Source: Planctomycetota bacterium (lineage in GTDB: Bacteria; Planctomycetota; UBA8108; SXIK01). Taken from it: a stretch of 64,000 bases of DNA. How positions within the stretch are numbered: position 1 is the first letter of the stretch; every line of letters begins with the position of its first letter. The stretch covers positions 8,576,001 to 8,640,000 of the forward strand of contig OZ244999.1 in assembly GCA_965223265.1 (NCBI GenBank), read 5' to 3'. The notes under the pieces were generated by a model that was given only the letters and a program-made list of their open reading frames with translations, had not been told where the DNA came from and did not search any database. Below, in pieces: positions 37,902-47,705 of the stretch. Position numbers and translations under genes: made by a program.

Positions 37902-38594
37902 ATGAATAGGTGGTGCCAGGCGATTCTTTTGTTCACGGTTGCGGCTCTCTGGTCGGTACCGGCTCTGGGTGCTGAGACCGAAGAGGCCAAAAAGAACGCG
38001 CCGACGAAGGAGCAGGTCAAACAGTTCCAGCGGGCGCTGGAGACGCTCGCGACGTCGACGCGGCCGCAAGATCTCGCCTTCGCTGGCACGATCCTCAAGC
38101 GTGGCTATCCTGAGTCCCGTGACATGCTCGTCCGTGCGTCGAAGCGTGGCAGCAAGCGAGTTCGCGCTCAGGTCATCCGGCTCTTCGGCGAGCTCGGCGA
38201 TCCGGAGAAGAACGTTGACGTTGTCGCGAGTGCCCTCAAAGATCCTGTCAACTCCGTCCGCATGGCCGCGGTCATGGCCATGCGGCGGCTGGGCAAGGAA
38301 GGCTTCGACGCCTTGGGAAAGTTCGTTCGCAAGGAGCCTGAACACAACATTCGGAAAATGGCCGTGAAGACGTTCCAGGAGTGGGGCGACCCCGAAGCGG
38401 TTCCCCTCCTCGTCGATCTTCTTGAGTCCGAGCGCGACTCCGGCGTGCGGAAGTTCATCGTCAGAGCCCTCCATTTCCTCACGCGGGAGAAACTTGGCGA
38501 CGATTTAGCAGCGTGGAGGGAGTACCTCGAGAAGCAACGGCTTGACAAAGAACGGAAAGAGATCATCGACCATGCGCGCTCTCTCAAAGAATAG
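37902..38594 (+). CDS. HEAT-repeat protein with signal peptide
   Basis: ALKDP..VRMAAV, AVPLLVDLL..E.D..VR repeats. Confidence 0.8.
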   Translation: MNRWCQAILLFTVAALWSVPALGAETEEAKKNAPTKEQVKQFQRALETLATSTRPQDLAFAGTILKRGYPESRDMLVRASKRGSKRVRAQVIRLFGELGDPEKNVDVVASALKDPVNSVRMAAVMAMRRLGKEGFDALGKFVRKEPEHNIRKMAVKTFQEWGDPEAVPLLVDLLESERDSGVRKFIVRALHFLTREKLGDDLAAWREYLEKQRLDKERKEIIDHARSLKE

Positions 38595-39063
38595 ACACGA
38601 CCTGACGGTCGGTACCTCCCTGATCGAAATCTTGCTGGCGGTGTCGATCTTTTCGATCGGCCTCCTGGCCTACCTCAACTCGTTCTACGTCAACCACCGC
38701 GCTGTGGAGTCCGTGAACGAAACGGACGAGGTCCACATCGGTTTTGAGAACACCGCGGAGTTCCTGGGTGGACAGACGTTCTCTGAGCTTTTCGACACCT
38801 ACAACAACTCGACGTTCGAGATCCCGAATTTGACAGCTCCGGACGGCTCGGATGCCGCCTGCCTCGTCACTTGTTTCGTCGATGAGACCGCGCTGCCAGC
38901 CGAGTTCGGCCCGATCACCGACATCGACGGTAACCCGGCCTCCCAGAACCAGGATGCCTCCGGATCCTACCAAATCCTTCCTGTCCGCCTGCGCGTCACC
39001 TACGCGACGTCGGGCGGGGGATCGAGGACGGTCGATCGCTACGTGATCATAGGTAACGACTGA
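38572..39063 (+). CDS. PilV/PulI-like minor pilin
   Basis: G/TSLIEILLAVSIFSIGLLA prepilin motif with Glu5. Confidence 0.8.
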   Translation: MRALSKNRHDLTVGTSLIEILLAVSIFSIGLLAYLNSFYVNHRAVESVNETDEVHIGFENTAEFLGGQTFSELFDTYNNSTFEIPNLTAPDGSDAACLVTCFVDETALPAEFGPITDIDGNPASQNQDASGSYQILPVRLRVTYATSGGGSRTVDRYVIIGND

Positions 39064-39097
39064 TCACCGTCGTCCAGAGACGAGTTTGAGCTAGAAA

Positions 39098-39135
39098 ATA
39101 GAAACGGCCGCTCAAAGTTGAGCGGCCGTTTCTAT
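39098..39135. terminator. Bidirectional intrinsic terminator between convergent genes
   Basis: ATAGAAACGGCCGCTCAA-AG-TTGAGCGGCCGTTTCTAT. Confidence 0.85.
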
Positions 39136-39180
39136 AGCCTTCCGTGTCTGCGCAGATCGTGTGTTGTCGACGACGCGACC

Positions 39181-39930
39181 TTACTTATGGACCTTGTGGC
39201 AACCACCGCAGCTGGTGGCCTTCTTGAGGGCGTCCGGCGCGTCCTCTTTGCCGAGCACCGCCTTCGCAGCTGCCGCCACAGAGGCACCGGCCTTCTGGCG
39301 CCAGCTGTTCATGTCGCCTTTGGTCGGCTTGAAATCGTACATGCTGATGTAGAGATCAAGGAGGTGAAGCTTCTCCTCCTGGCTCGCGTCACCGCCGCGG
39401 ATTTTCTTGAGCAGCCCATCCTTGTGGGCTTCCTTCATCAGCTTCTTGATGTCGTGCTTCGGCTCGGCGAGCGTCGCTGCGGCGCCGGCGACTTTCGGAG
39501 CCAGTCCGACGATCGAGCTGGCGTCGATGCGAATGCGTTTGCGTTCTTTCTTCTTGGCGATCTTGTGGGCCTTGTGGCAGCCGCCGCAGCTCGACGTTTC
39601 TTTGAGTTCGCCCAGTGCGCCCTCGCGGCCAACGACGACGCGCGCGGCGCTGACGACGAGGTCGGCCGTCTTCTGCGTCCAGCTGTTACCGTCGCCACCC
39701 GGGCACGGAGCTTCGAAGAGCGTCACGTAGTGGTCGAGGAGCTTGGCCTTTTCTTCGTCAGACGCCTTGTCGCCGAGCACCTTCTTGAGCAGTCCGTCCT
39801 TGTGGGCTTCTTTCATCACCACCTTGATCGCGTCGGCGTCCGCTTTCTTGGCGCTTTGCGCCTCGGACGGCAGAAGCAGTGCGGCGAGAACGAGGAGCAG
39901 GGCGATCGATACACCACCGAGTCGTGACAT
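39181..39930 (-). CDS. Di-heme four-helix (class II/c'-like) cytochrome c, tandem domain duplication
   Basis: Signal peptide; two MKEAHKDGLLKK...CGGCHKxHK repeats; AAGGAG RBS. Confidence 0.8.
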   Translation of the reverse strand: MSRLGGVSIALLLVLAALLLPSEAQSAKKADADAIKVVMKEAHKDGLLKKVLGDKASDEEKAKLLDHYVTLFEAPCPGGDGNSWTQKTADLVVSAARVVVGREGALGELKETSSCGGCHKAHKIAKKKERKRIRIDASSIVGLAPKVAGAAATLAEPKHDIKKLMKEAHKDGLLKKIRGGDASQEEKLHLLDLYISMYDFKPTKGDMNSWRQKAGASVAAAAKAVLGKEDAPDALKKATSCGGCHKVHK

Positions 39931-40368
39931 GGGAGGTCTCCTTCGAAATGGAAGTTCTTGAACTATGCATTGTCCGATATAAAAACAGCACCGGACAGCA
40001 CTTTTTTGCGCCCGTGCGGCCTGTCTCGAGGAGCAATTCCTTGCACCCAGCGATCTTGTCTGAGCCAAAGATCTGACTACCGCCGCCCTCGGTCAAGCGA
40101 GTTTCCCTGGGGAGTCGATTCCCCGCCTTGGGGATGCCCGCGTGGTCGTCGCGGCGGACGTCGTAACCCGTTTGATTGCATGGCTTACCGCCGCGGCGCG
40201 AATCCTCCGAAGAAATGCCCTAGAGTCGCGCTTGTCCTGAGCCGTACAGATGGCGTATGATCCGCGGTTCACCTGACCTCGGTGGGCACCGCTTCGCCCG
40301 GTCGGGCCTGCACTCCGCGGCCGATCGCAGAGGCTACACTTCCTACGTTTCTACACTCGTCACGACGC

Positions 40369-40593
40369 ATGAAAGCACAGAACAAGCTCGGATTCGAGAC
40401 CAAGCGCGGCACGTACTACGTCGACTATAAGGACGTCGACGAGCTCAAACGGTTTCTTGGTCCGAACGGCAAAATCCTGCCGCGCAAGCGCTCGCGGCTG
40501 AACTTGCGCCAGCAGCGAGCGCTTGCCAAGGCGGTTCGCCGGGCGCGCTTCATGGCGCTCCTCTCCTACGTTGGTGGAGATTCGCGCCGGTAA
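40369..40593 (+). CDS. rpsR: 30S ribosomal protein S18 (Cys-free form)
   Basis: VDYKDVDELKRFL..GKILPRK..QQRALAKAVRRARFMALLSY. Confidence 0.92.
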   Translation: MKAQNKLGFETKRGTYYVDYKDVDELKRFLGPNGKILPRKRSRLNLRQQRALAKAVRRARFMALLSYVGGDSRR

Positions 40594-40635
40594 GCTTCAA
40601 TCGCCCGGCTCCCTCATCCGTCTCGTGCATCCAGC

Positions 40636-41133
40636 TCACTTGGCGTGGTGGCCGTGTTCTTTCCGGATGTGCTTCAGATCCTCCGGGGTGAAATAGACCG
40701 ACGCGAACTTGTCGACGAGCTGGCGTAGATTCTTACAGTGGGCGTGGTCCGTTGTCTGCTTCGCCTTCATGGCCTGCACGAGCATGCCGTGGAGGCTCTT
40801 CAGCTGCTCGACGTAGTTTGGATGAGCGGCTTTGACGCGCTGCGTCATGAAGTACTGCGTCGCGATGTGCTGGATGTTGTTGGCGTGCTCTTCTTTGTTG
40901 CTCACCCAGCGGATGAGCTGATTCGACTCGAGTGGACGCGACTTCTCGAGCTCGGTGATCTGTGTCATCGACTTTTCGATCGTCTCGATGTTTTCGTAAA
41001 GCAGCGCGATGCGGGTCGAGTCGCCGTAAACACCGCAGGGGATCTCGCAGTGCGAGCGGACGATGCCATAGGTGCTCAGAACAATCAGCGACGCCGCGAT
41101 CACGACGGAGCAACTCTTCGTTGCGAATTTCAT
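40636..41133 (-). CDS. sodN: Nickel superoxide dismutase with signal peptide
   Basis: Ni-hook HCEIPCGVY after a hydrophobic leader; QLIRWVSNKEEHA, QYFMTQR. Confidence 0.92.
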   Translation of the reverse strand: MKFATKSCSVVIAASLIVLSTYGIVRSHCEIPCGVYGDSTRIALLYENIETIEKSMTQITELEKSRPLESNQLIRWVSNKEEHANNIQHIATQYFMTQRVKAAHPNYVEQLKSLHGMLVQAMKAKQTTDHAHCKNLRQLVDKFASVYFTPEDLKHIRKEHGHHAK

Positions 41134-41185
41134 TCGGGACACCTCAAAAATAAATCCGATGGGTTTGGAAGAGATCAGAAGAGTG

Positions 41186-41217
41186 ACATCGTTAGGTCAT
41201 CTCCTGACAGGTGTCAA
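41186..41217 (-). promoter_or_regulatory. Candidate sigma70 promoter of sodN with overlapping dyads
   Basis: TTGACA at 41212-41217 (minus); TGACA-GG-TGTCA and GTCA-N5-TGAC dyads. Confidence 0.4.
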
Positions 41218-41274
41218 CCACTAACAGTCTGCTTAGAAAGGCGCCTCGAGCCGGAATGCGGTCTTGTTCACTTC

Positions 41275-41310
41275 CGGAGTAGCCGCGGAGTAGCCGCGGA
41301 GTAGCCGCGG
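41275..41310. repeat. 11-bp tandem repeat (CGGAGTAGCCG) x3
   Basis: Directly visible, intergenic. Confidence 0.85.
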
Positions 41311-41362
41311 GCCAGCGCACGCGATCTCCGCGATCGTTGAGTGCTGACGCGGGCTGCTAGCG

Positions 41363-43120
41363 CTATGGCCGGTTTTCTTGCGTGCGTTCAACTGGCTCGC
41401 GAGCCTGGCCACCGCTTGATGCGTCGCCCTCGACGGCGTGGAGCTCACGACTCAAGCGAGCGTGAAGTGACGGCAGATCCTCTTGCAGAAGCGCCAGCAG
41501 ACGCACCGTCGCACGCGCTGAGGGGAAGATGCGTAGGGGTAGGTCGCCGCTGGCAGCATCGTAGACCGCTTCCACCTGAACGTCCTCGAGGCTCGGGACG
41601 TCTTCCCAGCGCTCCGCCCAGATTCGATACATCGCGTGAGTCCAGACCAGCCGGCGCCGAAACGTTGCCGGTCGGTCTTCGACTAGATCTCGGCATGCCT
41701 GCAGGAACAGAGCTTTGATGAGCGCCCTGGTGTCCTCGCGCCCTAGGGTTTCGACGCACCGAATCAGCTCTCGCTGGGTGAACTCGGCCAGCGCCCTGTT
41801 CTCGTTCGAGGTGTCGCCGGGTTGTAGCTGCCGGAGTCGCTCGAGCGCGCGATTGCCGAGATCCGGCATGCCTTGGATCTGTGCGTTGATGGCACAGTTT
41901 CGCAGCAGTCGTGAATAGGTCCGACGCATGGCGTCCACATTGACGGTCGGCAGGTGGCGGCGGCGGCGACGTGGGTTCTGAGCATCGAAGTAGTCGAGCG
42001 TCTTCTCGCAGTAGCTCATGACCGACTCGACATACGTCTCCTCCAGGAGGAAGAAGACCCAATCGTGACCGCTCGACAGTGCGTCCGGTGTATAGACGAG
42101 GTCCATGGCGGCGCGGAATGCGAGGTAGCGGTAGCGTGTGGTCAGACGATGCGGTTTGACCCTAGCCAGGACTTCTTCACCGAGGCGTGCCCAGTAGAGT
42201 GTGTGCGTCGCCGGGTCGCGCCAGTCGAGCGGGCCGAATTCTTCACAGTTGGTGAACATCGACGCGGCGTCCATACCGAGGTTCTCTTCGATGCGCTCGC
42301 CCAGACTCCAGAGACGCGCTGTTTGCAAGGCAGCAGCGACCTGGGGGTCCTTGACGATCTCGCTCATCTGCGACGGCGGTGCTTCAAGTAAGCGCTCTGC
42401 ATCGCGCACTACATCGAGTCGGGGTTCGGTACCCACCGACTCAATGCGTGCCGCGGCGGCGGCAAAAGCGCGATCGCGTACCAGACTCGCGCGGGTGGGA
42501 AAACGTCGCCGCACGCGCGCCACGTCCTCGAGCTGCTTCCACTCCTCGGGCGGCAAACCTCGGAGCGCGTTCTCGATTTGCTGGGTGAGATGCGCTCGGT
42601 AGTAAGGCGCAGATTCGTCGAAGTCGGAGCCGAGCTTGTGCCGAAAGTACCAAGCCAGCTCCCAGTAGAGTTCAGGGCTTTTTTGATTGCGTCGAATCGC
42701 TTCTTTGCGCAGTAGATCGATGCCGCGAAACACCCAGAAGACCCGGTCCTCGCGATCGTCGGGAAAATCAGCCGCAACGTTGTAGGTTAGGTCCCAGGCT
42801 TGAAAGCGCCAAGCGGAGGCGTGACTCGGCTGCAGCGTTGAAATGACGCGGTAGACGTCTGCCATTTCGTAGTAGCGGCCTGCCTGTTTTTTTTCTTGGG
42901 CGTAGACCCAAAGGCCGGTGATGAAGAGGCTGCGAAAGCCTCCGAGAAGAGACGATGCGAGGATGTATTCGGGAGCTACGGCATCGTGCGCGCCACGGCT
43001 GTAGAGATGGTGACGGCCTGCAATGTCGGCGGCGTCGCGCACGAGCATTCGACCACAGAAAAGGCAAGCGATCGCCAAGCCGAGCATGGAGACCTGTCGC
43101 AGCACGAAACGCGTATTCAT
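41363..43120 (-). CDS. PVC-type ABC-transporter-associated membrane-anchored helical protein
   Basis: LLGGFRSL..LW, LQP....W.FQAWDLTYNV, GIDLLR.EAIRRN motifs; last gene of the ABC operon. Confidence 0.65.
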   Translation of the reverse strand: MNTRFVLRQVSMLGLAIACLFCGRMLVRDAADIAGRHHLYSRGAHDAVAPEYILASSLLGGFRSLFITGLWVYAQEKKQAGRYYEMADVYRVISTLQPSHASAWRFQAWDLTYNVAADFPDDREDRVFWVFRGIDLLRKEAIRRNQKSPELYWELAWYFRHKLGSDFDESAPYYRAHLTQQIENALRGLPPEEWKQLEDVARVRRRFPTRASLVRDRAFAAAAARIESVGTEPRLDVVRDAERLLEAPPSQMSEIVKDPQVAAALQTARLWSLGERIEENLGMDAASMFTNCEEFGPLDWRDPATHTLYWARLGEEVLARVKPHRLTTRYRYLAFRAAMDLVYTPDALSSGHDWVFFLLEETYVESVMSYCEKTLDYFDAQNPRRRRRHLPTVNVDAMRRTYSRLLRNCAINAQIQGMPDLGNRALERLRQLQPGDTSNENRALAEFTQRELIRCVETLGREDTRALIKALFLQACRDLVEDRPATFRRRLVWTHAMYRIWAERWEDVPSLEDVQVEAVYDAASGDLPLRIFPSARATVRLLALLQEDLPSLHARLSRELHAVEGDASSGGQAREPVERTQENRP

Positions 43121-43133
43121 ATTCCTGTACGAT

Positions 43134-44729
43134 CTATGACGAGTATGGCAGACCGACTTCTTTACGGGCGAAGAGGAACCAACCGCAGAGAATGAACAGG
43201 CCACTTCGAACACCGATGTCCAGGAGCGCCTGGCCGGTGAGACGGGTCCAACCGATGCGGCGACCAACGATTAGATCGGGGGCGGGATTCGTCGCCTCGA
43301 AGTCTGGCACCAGGCGAAGAAGAACCGGTAGCACGCGTCGGCGGACGAACCTCTGGGCTTCCATGACGAGGCGCGCGGCGGGATGAACCTGTCCCTCGGT
43401 GGCGCCGTGGTCATGCCCATGGTGCGAATGGTCGCCGTGCGAGTGGTCGTGAGTCTCGTGAGATTCATGCTTGCCGGAGGATTCGTTGTCGACGCCGGCT
43501 TCGGGAGACTCCGCTTCGCTCGCCTCCTGTACCATTTTGGCAACGTTGGCTCTCGGCAAGGTGACACGATAGACGAAGCTGTTGAGCGATCCGGCGATCA
43601 CAACACCGAAGAGCAGAAAGGTTGCGACAGACGGCTGCATGAACGTGCTCGCTGCGAGGCCGATACCAGCGAGCATGACCAGGCGAATCCACAGTAGGAC
43701 GAGTGCGCGCAGAAAATTCATCGTGAACGACCCAGATGGGATCAGAAGCTCCAGCGCCGTGTGACTCGGAAGGAGGATGCGTGCCGGCTCATCGTCCTCT
43801 TCGAGTTCCGTCACGTTACGGATGGTGACTTCGACCTGGCCGTCGCTTGAGATCAAGCTGACCGGGAAGTGCAGGGCTCCATACGTTCCCCAGCGTGACT
43901 CGAGTTCCTTGCTCCACTTCTCACCAGTCTCAGGGTTTCGCACGGTCCATTGATGTTGTACGTGGAGAACCGGTTCTTCGCCTGAGGTGCCGTAAAACTT
44001 GAACCTGAGAGTGGCGTCTTGGCCGGCGATGACGCCTGCCGTCGTCTTGAAATGGACGGTGCGTTCGGCGCCCTTTTCGACAGTGAAAAGCCGCGACGCT
44101 TCTAGTCGACTTAGATGCTCGGCGACCGCCTGTTCGATTTCCCGCTCGTCAAGGCGCTCCGCCAGCGCTTGCCGCACGCGCGCCGCTTCGACCTTGGGCA
44201 GAAAGAACTGCGCAGGGACGCTTTCGCGACTCGAGAGCATGCGGGCATGCTCGTCCTGCGGTAGAGCGATCGACTTTGCGCCGGTGCGTGAGTTGGCACT
44301 CCGCGGCTCGTCGCTTTGCGCGCCGCTCACAACAGGAGCGCGGCCGTTCCACAGCAGGGTCAGGTAGGTTGGGACGCCGACACCGAGGAGGAGGAGCGCG
44401 GTGAGCAAAGAGAGCCCAAGCCACTTGCCCAGCAGCACCTGCGAGCGCCGTATTGGTTTAACGTCCAGGACCGTGTACTGCTTTTCGACGAGCTCGTTGC
44501 CGAGCGTCCGCGGTGCCAAATAGAGAAGCAGAGCCATCAAAAATGCGGCAGTGAACCCGAACACCCATGACATCAGGACCCGCATGACGCCGGCGGCGGT
44601 GTTGTCGCCTTCGACGAACAGGAAGATCAAGAGACAGCCGATGAAAAGAAACAGGACCGCGAACGCGCTCGCGATGCCGCGAAGCGAAGCTTGGAACGTG
44701 TGTCGGGCGATGGCGTAGATCTTGTTCAT
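43134..44729 (-). CDS. ABC transporter permease (ABC-2/PilI-like) with large periplasmic loop and His-rich insert
   Basis: MNKIYAIARHTF, KPIRRSQVLLGKWLG, LFARKEV. Confidence 0.8.
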   Translation of the reverse strand: MNKIYAIARHTFQASLRGIASAFAVLFLFIGCLLIFLFVEGDNTAAGVMRVLMSWVFGFTAAFLMALLLYLAPRTLGNELVEKQYTVLDVKPIRRSQVLLGKWLGLSLLTALLLLGVGVPTYLTLLWNGRAPVVSGAQSDEPRSANSRTGAKSIALPQDEHARMLSSRESVPAQFFLPKVEAARVRQALAERLDEREIEQAVAEHLSRLEASRLFTVEKGAERTVHFKTTAGVIAGQDATLRFKFYGTSGEEPVLHVQHQWTVRNPETGEKWSKELESRWGTYGALHFPVSLISSDGQVEVTIRNVTELEEDDEPARILLPSHTALELLIPSGSFTMNFLRALVLLWIRLVMLAGIGLAASTFMQPSVATFLLFGVVIAGSLNSFVYRVTLPRANVAKMVQEASEAESPEAGVDNESSGKHESHETHDHSHGDHSHHGHDHGATEGQVHPAARLVMEAQRFVRRRVLPVLLRLVPDFEATNPAPDLIVGRRIGWTRLTGQALLDIGVRSGLFILCGWFLFARKEVGLPYSS

Positions 44730-45760
44730 GACGCGGAGACGCCGTCGTTCTTATCTGAGTTTTTCGCCGGACTTGGTTGTTCGCTGCCCGCCTCGGCGAC
44801 CACCGGCGTTGCGCTTGTCTGTGGGCGCGACGAGTTGAGCTCCGAAAGGAATCCGAGGTCTCTTGTGTGGTCGCGCGCGGGGCGCCGGTCCGGTCCATCG
44901 TCAGAAGCCGACTCGACAACGCGCAGGAAAAACTCCTCGAGGCGCTCCACCTTTGGCGTCACTTGAACCGCAGTCTCTGTGCCTTCGCGCTCGCGTATGA
45001 GGTCACTGACTGCATCGACGGTGCCTGGCTTCATGAGAGCCGTCACCGTTCGCTCTTGGCTGTCGGAGATGAGCTGGTCGAGTCGGCCCGTAACCCGCTG
45101 CCTGCCGTTCGAGAGAATCGTGACGCGGTCACAGACGTCCTCGACGTTTGCCAACAGGTGGCTGCAGAGCAGCACTGTCTTGCCGAGGTCTCGTAGCTGG
45201 CCAATCAAGGCTTTGATTTCCGCCGTCGCGATGGGGTCCATACCGCTCGTTGGTTCGTCGAGAACGAGGAATTCGGGGTTGTTGATGAGCGCTTGAGCCA
45301 AAGCGACGCGGCGCTGCATCCCCTTGGAGTACTCGCCGACCGGGCGCTTTTTCGCCGCGTTGAGCCCGACCAACTCGAGCAGTTCGGCGCTGCGCCGTCG
45401 CCGCTCGTGACGACTGAGAGGGAAGAGGCGGCCGTAAAAGTCCAAGGTCTCTTCGGCGTTGAGGTATTTATAAAGATAACTCTCCTCCGGGAGATACCCG
45501 ATGCGCTCTTTGACGTGAACGTCGCTTGGCGGGCATCCGAAGACGCGGACGCTGCCGGTCGTCGGAAAGATCAAACCGAGCAGGAGTTTGATGGTTGTGC
45601 TCTTGCCGCTGCCGTTCGGACCGAGGAGGCCAAAGACTTCGCCGCGTTCAATCGTCAGCTGCAGGTCCGTCAGTGCCCGCGCGCGAATCTTCCACGTGAA
45701 GAACGGGTGACGGTAGTGCTTGGACAGGTCGCGAGTCTCGACGACTGGAGACTGATTCAT
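44726..45760 (-). CDS. ABC transporter ATP-binding protein (PilH/CcmA-like)
   Basis: GPNGSGKST, YSKGMQRR, LDEPTSGMDP. Confidence 0.92.
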   Translation of the reverse strand: MNQSPVVETRDLSKHYRHPFFTWKIRARALTDLQLTIERGEVFGLLGPNGSGKSTTIKLLLGLIFPTTGSVRVFGCPPSDVHVKERIGYLPEESYLYKYLNAEETLDFYGRLFPLSRHERRRRSAELLELVGLNAAKKRPVGEYSKGMQRRVALAQALINNPEFLVLDEPTSGMDPIATAEIKALIGQLRDLGKTVLLCSHLLANVEDVCDRVTILSNGRQRVTGRLDQLISDSQERTVTALMKPGTVDAVSDLIREREGTETAVQVTPKVERLEEFFLRVVESASDDGPDRRPARDHTRDLGFLSELNSSRPQTSATPVVAEAGSEQPSPAKNSDKNDGVSAS

Positions 45761-45806
45761 GGGCGGTGAGCCTCGTTGAACGGAATGTCATGTGCGCAGA
45801 CTCGAG

Positions 45807-46868
45807 TCATCGAACCTCTCTGCGTTGGAGAAGGGCCGCCGCCACCAACAGAGCTGCGAGAACGTAGATGGCCGCGTATGCAGTTGCCACAAGGATATAC
45901 TCGTCAGGTATATGTTGGTCGTGAGTGAGCGCATCACTCATCCAAAACTTCTCCAGGTTCGGGACAACGGTGTAAATGACCTCGGCGGCGAAGTCGAACA
46001 GAGCTCCCCACTCTCGTTCCCGCAACGTGTTGTGGACGAATTCGCTGACAAGACCCAGTAGTACGAACACACCCGTGACGCAGGCGGTGCCAACGACTCC
46101 GAGCCGCGTGCTGGTAGCAACCGCAATGCTGGCAACGACGACGATCGCCAGGAACATCAGCGTGGCGGCTCGTGCGACCTCGAAATCGTATGCCGTCCAA
46201 TAGACGAGCAACTCGTCCGGGCCGATCTCGGCGGTAGGCTCCGGCACGACTTGGAGAAACGATCCCTTGCTGGCGAAAAAGAAGGCGACGAAGACAGCCA
46301 AGATTGAAACCGTCAGGCCCAGGACGAAACAGCCCACCCATGACTTTCCCGCGACGTAGCTTCTCCACGTCGCGAAGGCGATCGCCAGAATGACTGCGGC
46401 CAACATCGCCAAGACAATGTTCCAATCGACGGAGCGGACGGTCGCTGCCGTGGGGCTGGCTCGAATCGTCAGCAACACGACGATCGAACCCGTGATGATC
46501 GCAGTCCCCAGGCTGACGACAATGCCGCAAAACTTCCCAGTCAGAAATGTGCTCCGTCCAACGCTTTTGGAGAGCACCATGGCGGCTGTGCGCGCTTCGA
46601 TCTCTTGGCTGATGGAGCTCGTACTCGAGAACACGGCCAGGAAGAGCCCGAACATGAGCAACGTCGCGAGGCCGAGGTCAGCGATCATGCGCTGAGCAAC
46701 GTTTTCGAAGTCGGCGGACACGCGGAACGAATAGATATGCGCCGCAGTTGCTGGGGTCAAGACGATGAGCGCGCACGACGCCACGAGCAAGAGTGCATAG
46801 AAAGGTTGGCGAATCAGCTCGAGCACCGTGTTGCGGGAAATCGCGTAAACCTGGCGCAGGACGGTCAC
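45807..46868 (-). CDS. ABC transporter permease (PilI-like)
   Basis: AISRNTVLELIRQP, EIEARTA..VLSK.V.R..FL.GKF.G, RREVR. Confidence 0.8.
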   Translation of the reverse strand: MTVLRQVYAISRNTVLELIRQPFYALLLVASCALIVLTPATAAHIYSFRVSADFENVAQRMIADLGLATLLMFGLFLAVFSSTSSISQEIEARTAAMVLSKSVGRSTFLTGKFCGIVVSLGTAIITGSIVVLLTIRASPTAATVRSVDWNIVLAMLAAVILAIAFATWRSYVAGKSWVGCFVLGLTVSILAVFVAFFFASKGSFLQVVPEPTAEIGPDELLVYWTAYDFEVARAATLMFLAIVVVASIAVATSTRLGVVGTACVTGVFVLLGLVSEFVHNTLREREWGALFDFAAEVIYTVVPNLEKFWMSDALTHDQHIPDEYILVATAYAAIYVLAALLVAAALLQRREVR

Positions 46869-47263
46869 GGATGCTGGTCTCTTCCGGGGTCAAACTCGAT
46901 CAGGTCATTCGTCAAGACGTAGCTCACGGGATTTTGTCTCACTTCGCTCCATGAACACCCCAACGCCTGCCAAAAACGGCGTACTATTCGCCGGGTGCAA
47001 GGCGTTTCTTGCCGTTGTCTTCTTGCAGGCGTTGGAGGAAGATTCCTTTACCGGTGAATCGATCACTCATCTCCCTTCCGGGGAGTTTTGAGATGCCACG
47101 GGCGAGCAGCGTGAAATTAGCAGTCGCTCGCGGCGGCTGGTTAGCGTCTTGCTCCATGATCACTCGCGCCCAATTCTAGCGGGTGGCTGTCGTTGACAAC
47201 CGATCGAGGCGTTCAACATACTGGATCTCTTTCTCATCGGCAAACCACTACTAACAGCGGCAG

Positions 47264-47581
47264 ATGAAAGAAGTCTATACCGCTCAAGACTTGGCCGAAG
47301 CGGAGGCCGTGCGGGATCTTCTCATCGCGAAGGGCTTTCGCGCCATTGTTCGCGGTGAGTACCATCTTCTCGTCGACCTTCCGGTCGGACGTGCGTTTCC
47401 GTCGGTATTCGTCAAAGACGACGCCGACTGGTTCCGCGCTCGCGGAGTCGTTGAAGAGTTTCTTGCTGAGCGCGAAAGTGTCCACGCGGCGCCGTCGTGG
47501 CGGTGTGCGAACTGCGGCGAGGAACATGCGTCACAATTTGACGAGTGTTGGAACTGCGGCGCGGCTCGGCAACAAGGCTGA
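47264..47581 (+). CDS. DUF2007 protein with C-terminal Zn ribbon
   Basis: EAEAVRDLL..KG; WRCANCGE...FDECWNCG; TTGACA-N18-CATACT upstream. Confidence 0.82.
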   Translation: MKEVYTAQDLAEAEAVRDLLIAKGFRAIVRGEYHLLVDLPVGRAFPSVFVKDDADWFRARGVVEEFLAERESVHAAPSWRCANCGEEHASQFDECWNCGAARQQG

Positions 47582-47705
47582 GGCTTCCTCCCGCGCTTCG
47601 GGCGACGAAGTGGCTGCGAGATCGTGAAAGCGGCGCGGGCCGTCACCCGCGATCAAGGGTCGAGGAAGCCATGACAATGAGACTGCTAGGTACCGGGAGT
47701 ACGAT

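Noticed and set aside
42887-42894. T8 homopolymer as a phase-variation site
   Set aside because: Short, in frame (EKKQ codons on minus), no supporting evidence
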